Positions 1 to 8,594 of a DNA stretch of 47,670 nucleotides are shown piece after piece. The number at the start of each line of letters is the position of its first letter. The stretch's first letter is position 1. A program made the position numbers and the translations under genes. The notes under the pieces are model-generated. The model ran no database searches, was not told where the DNA came from, and saw only the letters and a program-made list of their open reading frames with translations. Source of the stretch: an uncultured Planctomycetia bacterium (lineage in GTDB: Bacteria; Planctomycetota; MHYJ01; CAYXQY01); assembly GCA_964594615.1 (NCBI GenBank), contig CAZQNZ010000003.1:1-47670 (forward strand), in the 5' to 3' direction.

Positions 1-1
1 G

Positions 2-49
2 ATGATGTTTCGCAGCGTCTGGACTCTTTTTGCAGCGGAACTGCCATGA
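2..49 (+). CDS. Possible 3' end of an upstream gene (partial, ...FRSVWTLFAAELP*), translationally coupled to senA
   Basis: Frame 2 is open from the window edge to TGA 47-49, overlapping the senA ATG as ATGA; too short to identify. Confidence 0.3.
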   Translation: MMFRSVWTLFAAELP

Positions 50-1374
50 CCGATCTCACGGACTGGCTATCGAAGGATATGCTGTGTGAGTGGGTGAAGG
101 ATGCGCGCAACCGCTCCATCGAACTGGTGGATGATCTGACGGATCAGCAGCTTCGCCAACCTCCATACATGTCGAAGATCAATCCACCACTGTGGGAGAT
201 TGCGCACCTGACGTGGTTTCAGGAAAATTTCGTATTGCGGGATCTGCTGGGGCGCGAGCCGGTGTTTGATGACGTGGACCGCCGTTACAACTCCAGTGTG
301 ATCGGTCATGAAAAGCGGTGGTCGACGGACCTGTTCCCTCGCGAGAAAGCGTACGAATACATGAGGACCGTACGTGACCGTATCGTCGATTTCGTACAGC
401 ACGGGCGGCCGGATGAGGAAGCACTTCACCGGATCCTGTATACGGTGTACCACGATGACATGCACAACGAGGCGTTCACGTACACCCGTCAGACGCTCGG
501 GTATCCCCCGCCTGACCTGGAAGGTGTTGGGAACGGCACCATCGTGGAGGGGGAGGAATCGATCGAGTCGGATGACGTGGACGTGCCGGGGGGCATCTTT
601 CCGCTTGGTGCAAGCCGCAGCGAGCCGTTCGTCTTCGATCTGGAAAAGTGGGTGCACCAGGTGGAGGTCGAACCGTTTTCGATGGCACGTACACCGGTGA
701 CCCAGGGACAGTTCGCGGAGTTTGTGGAGGATGGCGGGTATCGTATGCCGTCCGTCTGGAGCGACGCCGGATGGCGCTGGCGGCAGGCGAACAACGCGGA
801 TCATCCCCTGTACTGGCGGCGTGACGGCAACGGCGGTTGGTTGCGGCGGGATTTCGACGCATGGACCGAACTTGAATCGAACCGACCGGTCGTCCATGTA
901 AATTACTACGAGGCAAAGGCGTACTGCCGCTGGGCGGATCGCCGATTACCGACGGAAGCGGAATGGATGGTGGCTGCCTCCGCCGAGCAGATGGAGGACG
1001 GCGACCGGCTGACGGGGGACAAGCTCCGTTACCCGTGGGGAGATGAACGCCGGGAAGATCCGCCGGCACAACTGGACTGGCGGACGATGACATGTGCCGG
1101 CGTCAACGCATTTCCGGATGGGGACAGCCCGGCCGGGTGCCGGCAGATGGTCGGGAACGTATGGGAGTGGACGGATTCCGATTTCGAACCGTTCCCGGGA
1201 TTTGAGCCGGACTTTTACGAGGACAACGCCGAGCCGTGGTTCGGCACCCGCAACGTGCTGAAGGGCGGGGCGTGGCCCACGCGAAGTCGGTTCATCCGCT
1301 CGGAGTACCGCAACTATTTTACCCCTGAACGCCGAGACGTCTACGCCGGATTCCGAACCTGTGCTCCCCAATAG
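46..1374 (+). CDS. senA: Selenoneine synthase SenA (EgtB-like non-heme iron enzyme; DinB-like + FGE-sulfatase domains)
   Basis: NPPLWEIAHLTWFQE and HDDMHNEAF (3-His iron site), C-terminal FGE motifs RLPTEAEW, GNVWEW, GFRTC; adjacent to a SenB-type glycosyltransferase. Confidence 0.85.
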   Translation: MTDLTDWLSKDMLCEWVKDARNRSIELVDDLTDQQLRQPPYMSKINPPLWEIAHLTWFQENFVLRDLLGREPVFDDVDRRYNSSVIGHEKRWSTDLFPREKAYEYMRTVRDRIVDFVQHGRPDEEALHRILYTVYHDDMHNEAFTYTRQTLGYPPPDLEGVGNGTIVEGEESIESDDVDVPGGIFPLGASRSEPFVFDLEKWVHQVEVEPFSMARTPVTQGQFAEFVEDGGYRMPSVWSDAGWRWRQANNADHPLYWRRDGNGGWLRRDFDAWTELESNRPVVHVNYYEAKAYCRWADRRLPTEAEWMVAASAEQMEDGDRLTGDKLRYPWGDERREDPPAQLDWRTMTCAGVNAFPDGDSPAGCRQMVGNVWEWTDSDFEPFPGFEPDFYEDNAEPWFGTRNVLKGGAWPTRSRFIRSEYRNYFTPERRDVYAGFRTCAPQ

Positions 1375-1409
1375 AAACCGTTTTAAACGAGATTCAAGTC
1401 GGTCTCTCT

Positions 1410-2366
1410 ATGAACGTTCTACTGATCACCCCCGTTCCGCGAACGTCCCGGAAAGGTAACCGGATTACCACCGATCGATGGGAGGCGATGCTCACGGAGA
1501 TCGGTCATAACGTGCGGGTGGAGGAGTCGTACTCGGGTCAGCAGGCGGAGGTCATGCTGGCGCTGCACGCACGACGAAGTGCCGATGCGGTGCGTGCGTT
1601 TGACCGTGATCAACCGGATGCACCGATCGTGCTGGCATTGACGGGCACGGATGTGTATCGGGATATTCACGAGAATGAGACGGCTCGCGACACGCTTTCT
1701 TACGCGGACCGGTTTATCGTGCTGCAGCCCGAGGCCGCGAAGGAGCTTCCGGAGGCAATGCGTGACCGGGTGCAGGTGGTGTATCAATCGATCAACAACG
1801 TTCCCGAGCCGGTGGCCGCCCGGACGGATGCGTTTGAGGTATGAGTGATTGGCCACCTGCGGTCCGTGAAAGACCCGTTTCGTGCAGAGGAGGCCAGCCG
1901 GATGCTGCCGGAGGATTCGAACGTTGAGGTGACGCACGTGGGCGGTGAACTGGAAGACGGCATGGCGGAGGAGGCTCGTCGTCGAATGGAGGATAACCCA
2001 CGATACGAATGGGTCGGCGAACGTCCACGGGACGAGACCCTCCGGATTCTGTCGCGCAGCCGATTGCTGGTGCATTCCTCGTTGATGGAAGGGGGAGCGC
2101 ATGCCATCTCGGAGGCAATCGCCTGTGAAACACCGGTTCTGGCTTCGGAGATCCCCGGCAACGTGGGGTTGCTCGGCCAGGGGTATCCGGGATATTTTCC
2201 CGTCCGTTCATCGGAGGCACTGGCCGACCAGTTGGCCAGAGCGGAGTCGGTTGACACGTTTTACGATCAGTTGCAGCAGGGGGTCACGTCGAAAAAGGAA
2301 ATCGTTCAGCCTGCGCATGAACGACGCCTGTTGCGAGAGCTTTTTGACGACGTTGCATCTCTTTGA
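1410..2366 (+). CDS. senB: Selenosugar synthase SenB (GT-B glycosyltransferase) with one in-frame TGA at 1842-1844 (candidate selenocysteine); 318 codons if read through
   Basis: ORFs 1410-1844 and 1845-2366 are in the same frame, separated only by TGA. Family motifs on both sides: GNRITTDRW, ALHARRS, LTGTDVY, then (FEV*)VIGHLRSVKDPF, SSLMEGGAHAISEA, IPGNVGLLG..YPGYF. Confidence 0.85.
1845..1896 (+). promoter_or_regulatory. Candidate bacterial SECIS element immediately 3' of the in-frame UGA
   Basis: Upper stem GGTC(1861-1864)/GACC(1872-1875); 7-nt loop CGTGAAA with GU at loop positions 2-3, 20 nt after the UGA; lower pairings CTGC/GCAG and TGGCC(1850-1854)/GGCCA(1892-1896). Confidence 0.5.
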
Positions 2367-2879
2367 TCATAACGAAGTGGCCAGTGCACGGAGGACCGGG
2401 GGCAGAGGGGCTTGGCCTGACGGTAGTAGGCAGGGGGTTCGATCATTCCTGACGTTTACATGGAACCTGTTGGTTCGTGGTTCCGTTTTGCTTTCGCTTC
2501 ATGGGTGCAGAAGCACAGCGTTACTTTTGCATAGGCATGCCGGGTACCTCCGGCCTTCAGGGCCCGGTGTATTTCCCGGCGAGCCCCAATCTGTTCCGTA
2601 TGAGCATATTTACCCCTGGCTCCTGAGGTTTTTGCAGTCAGTGACACCAAATTTGTTGAATTTCTGGTAAACGGTGTCTAAAATGGGTTTCCAAATTTTT
2701 GGATCGGTATCGCGGAAAAAGGCAGTCATCCATGGTTGATTCTTCCCTCTGATGGGCTCGCCGGAAGATGTTTGCCGGAGGGTTCGGCGTGCCCGTTCCA
2801 TTCGACGACGTTGATCCGTTACGATCGGTTCGGAGCCGTTTTCAATTTTCAACTGTCAACCAATCCATGACGTTCGTTC

Positions 2880-3620
2880 ATGCGGGAGAATAGCGACATC
2901 AAAGCCGTATTTTTCGACGCGGGCGGAACACTGCTTTACATCCATCCGTCCGTCGGCAACGTCTACGCGGACGTGACCCGGGAGATGGGAGTGGAGCTCT
3001 CGAATGAACGGATCGAGTCTCGCCTGCGAGAGATCTGGGAGGAATACGCTCCGACCAACGCCGTTCGAGAAGGAGATTATCGGGCGTCGGATGAACGGGA
3101 TCGAAAAATGTGGAAAGAGTTTCTTCGCCGGCTATACGACGACATCGATCAACTGCAGGACCTCAATTTTGACGACTGGTTCCAGCAGGTGTTCAACCGA
3201 TTCGGGAAACCGAAAACGTTTGAGTTGTACGAGGAGACGCTTGAGACGCTGGCGACCCTGCGAAAAGACGGGTACCACGTGGGTGTCGTATCCAACTGGG
3301 ATTCGCGGCTCATTTCCATCTGTGAAGGACTCGGGGTGGATGAGCACGTGGATTTTATCTTGCCCAGTGCCGTGGCCGGTTATCGCAAACCCAGCTCGAA
3401 GATTTTTGAACAGGCGCTGGAAAAGGCGGAGGTGCAACCGGATGAAGCCATGCATATTGGTGACAAGGAGCTGGATGATTACCGGGGGGCTCGGTCCGTC
3501 GGACTCACGCCGGTACTGCTGGATCGAAACAATCAGCAAAGGGAGCAGAATCAAAACATTATTTCGTCACTCGACGAGGTTACGAATTTTTTGAATACTC
3601 AGAAAATTGATTTCACGTGA
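2880..3620 (+). CDS. HAD-superfamily hydrolase, subfamily IA (REG-2/HDHD3-like)
   Basis: Motif I FFDAGGTL, motif II VSNWD, motif III/IV RKP...HIGDKELDDY. Confidence 0.9.
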   Translation: MRENSDIKAVFFDAGGTLLYIHPSVGNVYADVTREMGVELSNERIESRLREIWEEYAPTNAVREGDYRASDERDRKMWKEFLRRLYDDIDQLQDLNFDDWFQQVFNRFGKPKTFELYEETLETLATLRKDGYHVGVVSNWDSRLISICEGLGVDEHVDFILPSAVAGYRKPSSKIFEQALEKAEVQPDEAMHIGDKELDDYRGARSVGLTPVLLDRNNQQREQNQNIISSLDEVTNFLNTQKIDFT

Positions 3621-3629
3621 GGTTTCAGG

Positions 3630-4349
3630 ATGCACAGTGACATAACCGAGGAACTCGAACCGGCGTGGGACGCCCTGCGGGAGGGAAACGATCAGGAAGC
3701 GCTTGACCGTGCTCAATCCACGCTGGATCAGGTCGAAGAGCAGGAAGCAGATCAACAGACCGATGAGGAGGAGGATCAGGTGGAACCGTCGGAACGTCCT
3801 CCTGCCTACTGGGACGCACAGTTGGTGAAGCTGATGGTCCAGCTCAAGCGCGAAGAAGTGGGCGAAACGTGGGATACCATTGAGGCTCTTCTCCCCTGTC
3901 AGGATAGCGATTATCGGGCTCTGGCCGTCGGCATGGCCCGGCTCGGGGAAGGGTTGATGATTCGTCGCATGGAGGAACATGGATCACAGCAGGATAGTCA
4001 AAATAGCCTCGAACGGGCCGCTCAGGAACTGGAGGATCGGGTGCTGACGTTTCAGGGTGATATCAAGGACGACGCGGACGTTCGGGATGTCTTCCTCGCG
4101 GCCCTTGCGACGATTCTTGGAGAAGGGGATTGGGATAACATGAAAACCCTGGTCGATCGTCTGGAGGACCAGGACGACCTCTCGAAAGATGAGGAGAACC
4201 TTTACAGCGCCGCCGATAACATCCTGGAACTTGAACAGTTCTGTACCCCTGAAAAGATTGAAGAGGTCAAACAGACGGGGCTACCGGAACATTACCAGGT
4301 GTTCCTTGAACTCCTGGAGTGGGGAGGCAGTGATCTTGAGAATCTGTAA
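3630..4349 (+). CDS. Hypothetical, very acidic alpha-helical protein
   Basis: 239-aa ORF tightly packed between neighbours with an SD-like sequence upstream; no recognised motif. Confidence 0.75.
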   Translation: MHSDITEELEPAWDALREGNDQEALDRAQSTLDQVEEQEADQQTDEEEDQVEPSERPPAYWDAQLVKLMVQLKREEVGETWDTIEALLPCQDSDYRALAVGMARLGEGLMIRRMEEHGSQQDSQNSLERAAQELEDRVLTFQGDIKDDADVRDVFLAALATILGEGDWDNMKTLVDRLEDQDDLSKDEENLYSAADNILELEQFCTPEKIEEVKQTGLPEHYQVFLELLEWGGSDLENL

Positions 4350-5328
4350 CCCGCTTCGGCTTCGCCTGGCATGTCTCCTCGTCGCCGCCGGTCTGGTTGT
4401 GGTGGCCGGTTGTTCTTCGACGCAGGAGCCCCGTGAGAACACCTCGTCCACATCACGTCAGACCCGTAGCCAACGGGTGGAAACGACGGTTCCGATCACG
4501 CTCAGCAACCGGCGGTTGATCGAGTTTACAGTGGAGGTGGGGGATCAATCGCACCAGTTTTTACTGTATCCCTCCCTGGATCGTTCCATTGTGTTCGAAG
4601 GGGAGAACGGGTTGAGTACAGATGATCCGGCGGTTCAACCGCGATCGGGGTCCGAACGCGAAGTGCGGCTGCAATCGGTGGTCGTGGGTTCGGTGACGTT
4701 TGGACCGCTGGAGGTGCTTCAGCTGAAAAGGGATCAGGTGAAGAATTTTTCAACGGTTCTCAACCGGGCTTCACTGTCCTCGTACACCGGCATCCTCGGA
4801 TACAACTTTCTGCGCGACAAGCAGTTAACCGTCAACTACCCGGATCGACGGATGCGGCTCGTGACCGCGGACGTGAATATGTCCCGCGCCGCTCGCGAGG
4901 TGCTGAAGCCAGGTAAGACGGAATTCGAGATGGCCGAAACGGCCCAGAGCAAACGGATGATCACGTTTCAGGTGGGCATCAACGGAAACCATCGGGGCAC
5001 GTTTGCCGTGGACCTGGGGATTCCGGTGAATTTAATTGACAAAGCGTATCTTGATCGATGGAACCTTCAAACGCTTTCAAGCTCGGCGCTCCAGCAACGA
5101 TTCGGCTCGTCAAGTTCCCGATACGATTTCGTGTCGGTTTCGCGGTTATGGATCGGGGGGCGTGTCTTCGAGAATGCGCTTCTTCGAGTCCGCTCGGACA
5201 TGCGGCTTCAGCTCGGTGTGGATGCGCCGGTTATTCTCGGCAATTATTTTTTCACCGACAAGGTGGTGCAGATCAACTTTCCACAACGCTGGCTCGCTAT
5301 TCAAGCCGGAGATTCCGCGGAGGAGTAA
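4330..5328 (+). CDS. Lipoprotein with two retropepsin-like (aspartyl protease fold) domains and degenerate catalytic motifs
   Basis: GTG 4330 follows GGGAGG; signal peptide with lipobox VVAG-C; two repeats ending GILGYNFL and ILGNYFF; DTG positions read YPS and DLG. Confidence 0.65.
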   Translation: MILRICNPLRLRLACLLVAAGLVVVAGCSSTQEPRENTSSTSRQTRSQRVETTVPITLSNRRLIEFTVEVGDQSHQFLLYPSLDRSIVFEGENGLSTDDPAVQPRSGSEREVRLQSVVVGSVTFGPLEVLQLKRDQVKNFSTVLNRASLSSYTGILGYNFLRDKQLTVNYPDRRMRLVTADVNMSRAAREVLKPGKTEFEMAETAQSKRMITFQVGINGNHRGTFAVDLGIPVNLIDKAYLDRWNLQTLSSSALQQRFGSSSSRYDFVSVSRLWIGGRVFENALLRVRSDMRLQLGVDAPVILGNYFFTDKVVQINFPQRWLAIQAGDSAEE

Positions 5329-5331
5329 GGG

Positions 5332-5934
5332 ATGTTTGAATTCATACAGGGTGAACTCGTGCAGAAAGCGTCGGATCACGTCGTGGTCCAGGCGGGGGGT
5401 GTGGGGTGGCGCTGTGACATCACAATGAATACGTTTGAGTCGCTCCCGCCGGACGGAGAAGTTCAAGTGTTTACTTATCTTCACGTGACGGAGAATTCGT
5501 TCGGGCTGTATGGCTTTGCCGAACGCGAGGAACGGGAGCTGTTTCAGCTGCTGTCGTCCACGAGCGGAATTGGACCGAGCAAAGCCATTAGCCTGTTATC
5601 CGAAGCCGCACCCGGTCAGATTGTGCAGGCGCTTCACGAGGAAAACACCGGTTTGCTCGAGCAAGCCAGCGGCATTGGACCAAAAACCGCCCGCCGCCTC
5701 GTCGCTGAACTGCAGGATCGGGCGAAGGACATGCGGGATCAGTTCCAGACCGGACCGGTGGGCGGGGCGGACATCGATCAGGAGCTTGTGGCCGAATCGG
5801 TTCAGGCCCTTGAGGAGCTGGGATATAATAGCACGAACGCCCGGGCAGCCGTGGAACGGATGGCACAGGAACACCCGGACATCGACGATCCGGGAAACCT
5901 TGTGAAACGTGCATTGCAGGAGGTCATATCATGA
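5332..5934 (+). CDS. ruvA: Holliday junction branch migration protein RuvA
   Basis: MFEFIQG start, LYGF..EERELF..L, two HhH motifs SGIGPSKA/SGIGPKTA, C-terminal ALEELGY. Confidence 0.97.
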   Translation: MFEFIQGELVQKASDHVVVQAGGVGWRCDITMNTFESLPPDGEVQVFTYLHVTENSFGLYGFAEREERELFQLLSSTSGIGPSKAISLLSEAAPGQIVQALHEENTGLLEQASGIGPKTARRLVAELQDRAKDMRDQFQTGPVGGADIDQELVAESVQALEELGYNSTNARAAVERMAQEHPDIDDPGNLVKRALQEVIS

Positions 5935-6764
5935 AGATTCGCTGGATCCTGATTGGTTTTTTGGTGGCGGTGCTTGCCTGTGAATCCGGACCAAACCGGG
6001 CGTTTGACGAACCGGAGGAATACGTAAAATACGGTAATGCTCACCTTCGGCAGGAGAAGCCGAACTTCACGGAGGCGGCCCGACAGTTCAAATTTGCACT
6101 GGATCTGGACGAGGATCATTTTGATGCATTGATCGGGCTGGGGGACGCTTTGATGTATCGTGCAAAGGCCCTGTCCGCTGTGCAGTCGAAGCGTGAGACG
6201 TCGTCCTCAGGGGGTCAAGGAGGGGAGAACCGGGAAGGGGATTCGGAGGCCCGTCCGCCGACCCCGGCAGACGCTCAGGTACCCGGCCAGGGACAGCCGT
6301 CCCGGCCGGACCAGGAGGGGGGAGAATCGCTGGAAAAACGGATTCGTCGTTTGCTCGGACAGGCAACCACGGCATACAAGAAAGCACGGAAAGCCCGTCC
6401 GGATTCGGCGATTCCCTACTACAAGTACGCACGGCTGATTTATATGTTTCGTGAGCGGGATCCCCGGGAAGTCACACGCGCTCGCCGCTTGCTCAAACAG
6501 GCACTCGATCGGGTATCCACTCAGAACAATCCGCGACTTCGTGCGAAGATCCTGTTTTATCTCGGCAATGCAACGCTGTATACCGAACAGCTCAAGCCCG
6601 CGGGCGAGCAGGATTATTCCGAGGTCACATCCCTTTTCAATCGGTACCTGGATATTTTTGACGAGCGCGATATTCGGGCGCCCAGACGTGCGGAAGTCGA
6701 GAATTTACTCATGCAAATCGAGGATTATCAGGAGGAACAAAATGAAAGCGGTTCAAATCCCTGA
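5931..6764 (+). CDS. TPR-like lipoprotein
   Basis: ATGA overlap with ruvA; lipobox VLA-C; TPR-like helices (AARQFKFALDLDEDHFDALIGLGDA; ILFYLGNA). Confidence 0.7.
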   Translation: MKIRWILIGFLVAVLACESGPNRAFDEPEEYVKYGNAHLRQEKPNFTEAARQFKFALDLDEDHFDALIGLGDALMYRAKALSAVQSKRETSSSGGQGGENREGDSEARPPTPADAQVPGQGQPSRPDQEGGESLEKRIRRLLGQATTAYKKARKARPDSAIPYYKYARLIYMFRERDPREVTRARRLLKQALDRVSTQNNPRLRAKILFYLGNATLYTEQLKPAGEQDYSEVTSLFNRYLDIFDERDIRAPRRAEVENLLMQIEDYQEEQNESGSNP

Positions 6765-7770
6765 TCACGGATCCACTGACGGTATTACCGTCAACGACGT
6801 TCCGGAACCCGAGCCCGGACGGAAGGAGGTGCTGCTCGACGTACAGGCTGCAGCCCTGAACCACCTGGATCTCTGGGTGCTGGAGGGCCTTCCGGGGGTC
6901 GAACTGGATTTCCCTCATACGCTTGGATCGGATGCGTGCGGAATTGTGCGTGAGACGGGTCCGGAGGTGTCCCGTTTCGAAGCGGGAGACCGCGTGGTGA
7001 TCAACGCGGGCATATCATGCGGTCACTGTGAACATTGCCGACGGGGCGAGCAGAGCTGCTGTGATTCCTTCTACCTGATCGGAGAACACGTCGACGGGAC
7101 GTTTGCCGAACAGGTGACGGTGCCGGAGGAAAATTGTGCGATGGCCCCCGGTCACCTGGAGGACACGGAGGCGGCGGCGTTCCCGCTCGTGTTCCTGACG
7201 GCCTGGCGCATGCTCCACACGCGCGTCGGAATCACCTCCGGGGATACCGTGCTGATCCATGGAATTGGAGGGGGGGTCAGCAGTGCTGCACTCACCATCT
7301 CAACCTCGGCCGGCGCGCAGTGCATCGTGACCTCCGGGTCTGAGAACAAGCTTGATCGAGCTGCCGATCTGGGCGCACGCCATGGCATCCTTTACGCAGA
7401 GGAAAACGTCACCAAACGTGTGCGTTCCATCACCAACGGCCGGGGCGTGGACGTGGTGGTGGATAACGTCGGAGCGGACACCTGGGAAGAGAGCGTATCC
7501 TGCGCCCGAAAGGGTGGATCCATCGTGACCTGTGGGGCGACCACCGGGCCGGCCGCTGAAACCAACATCCATCAGCTATACTGGAAACAGTTGAACATTT
7601 ACGGCTCCACTATGGGAAATCATGACGACTTTCGACGGATGATGCAGTGGGTGCGACAGACGAAGATGAATCCCATCGTCGATCGTGTTTTTCCGCTGGA
7701 AGAGGCACAGGCAGCGGAAGAACGGCTTCAGGAGGCGGAGCAGTTTGGAAAAATTGTCCTTGACGTCTGA
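6742..7770 (+). CDS. Zinc-binding medium-chain dehydrogenase / quinone oxidoreductase family protein
   Basis: ATG 6742 after GGAGG; MKAV start, ALNHLD, structural Zn CGHCEHC..C, GIGGGV nucleotide-binding loop, FGKIVL end. Confidence 0.93.
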   Translation: MKAVQIPDHGSTDGITVNDVPEPEPGRKEVLLDVQAAALNHLDLWVLEGLPGVELDFPHTLGSDACGIVRETGPEVSRFEAGDRVVINAGISCGHCEHCRRGEQSCCDSFYLIGEHVDGTFAEQVTVPEENCAMAPGHLEDTEAAAFPLVFLTAWRMLHTRVGITSGDTVLIHGIGGGVSSAALTISTSAGAQCIVTSGSENKLDRAADLGARHGILYAEENVTKRVRSITNGRGVDVVVDNVGADTWEESVSCARKGGSIVTCGATTGPAAETNIHQLYWKQLNIYGSTMGNHDDFRRMMQWVRQTKMNPIVDRVFPLEEAQAAEERLQEAEQFGKIVLDV

Positions 7771-7832
7771 GGTGAATCCGGCGTATGCCCCGGAGCCCTG
7801 AAACGGGGGTCAAAACGTTCGGATTGAAAGGG

Positions 7833-7855
7833 ATTCCCCCGCACTGCGGGGGAAT
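7833..7855. terminator. Perfect 10-bp hairpin between the convergent dehydrogenase gene and ssrA (terminator or REP-like palindrome)
   Basis: ATTCCCCCGC-ACT-GCGGGGGAAT; no long U tract. Confidence 0.4.
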
Positions 7856-8049
7856 GGATCGCTGTGGGACACCCCATGCTTCACCGACAAAAGATGAAAC
7901 CTTCCTCCGGGCATCGTTTCATTCAACGCCTTTGCGGGAGGGAGGGCAGAGAAGAGGTATTCACGGCTTCGTTCGGAGGGGTCACGTGCCGTCCGTGCTT
8001 TCGGCAGGACGTCATGTCAACTGTTGACCGCCGAGTCACCGGAAGAGAG

Positions 8050-8426
8050 TGGAGGCGGGGGGAATCGAACCCCCGTGTCACTGTGATCGGGAAGGCTTCT
8101 ACGTGCTTAGCTTGTGTTTGATCTGGCCCGAAAGTAGCCCGCAAGCAGGCACACAATCGGGCGAGGCGCCAGTATTTGCTTGGCTCCGGTCACCTGGCTC
8201 CGCCATGACCGGAACGGCGTCCCGCTGCATTCGCTTTCCGGGGCCACCGGCTCAAACGAGCCGGGTGCGGGAACGGCCACACGGAAAGCGTGACCGCAGT
8301 TTATGCAGCCATTGCGTAGTTGTTGTTGTTCGCATTTACTGTTGTGTCAGGTTTTTTACGAGGCCGCCTGACAACCTCGGCACGCTTCCCTTCTCCTCAC
8401 GACAGCGAGCGAATCCCTTCGCCCCC
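8050..8426 (-). ncRNA. ssrA: tmRNA; tag reading frame ANNNNYAMAA* at 8333-8301
   Basis: 5' GGGGGCG acceptor strand pairs with the 3' end GGGGGTTCGATTCCCCCCGCCTCCA (T-arm, G.U Ala identity pair); PK1-like CGAGG..GTCAGG..CCTCG..CCTGAC; tag ending YAMAA-TAA; CCA not encoded. Confidence 0.95.
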
Positions 8427-8451
8427 AAATAAGAAGAAGTACGATTGTATT

Positions 8452-8481
8452 ATTGTATCCCGGATTGCCGGGAGGTGTCAA
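8452..8481 (-). promoter_or_regulatory. sigma70-type promoter of ssrA
   Basis: TTGACA-18 nt-TACAAT on the minus strand, about 25 nt upstream of the mature 5' end. Confidence 0.7.
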
Positions 8482-8594
8482 GGATACCGCTGTGGAGGAT
8501 CGATTGAAAGAAAGGTTCTACAGGGAGAAAACAGACCATTCGGGTTGAGAAAAGCGAATCCGTTGTCGTCGGCCGTGGACGAAACCGAGCGCCG

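Noticed and set aside
1410-2366. Two separate genes, or a genome-wide UGA reassignment (code 4/25)
   Set aside because: The break falls inside a conserved strand of one GT-B protein, and many genes here (HAD, ruvA, MDR, PPIase, tyrA) end correctly at TGA.
2367-2879. Small ORFs (2456-2650, 2610-2852) and a GGTTCGATC tRNA-like motif near 2437; considered tRNA-Sec
   Set aside because: No cloverleaf, no UCA anticodon arm and no recognisable protein motif; left unexplained.
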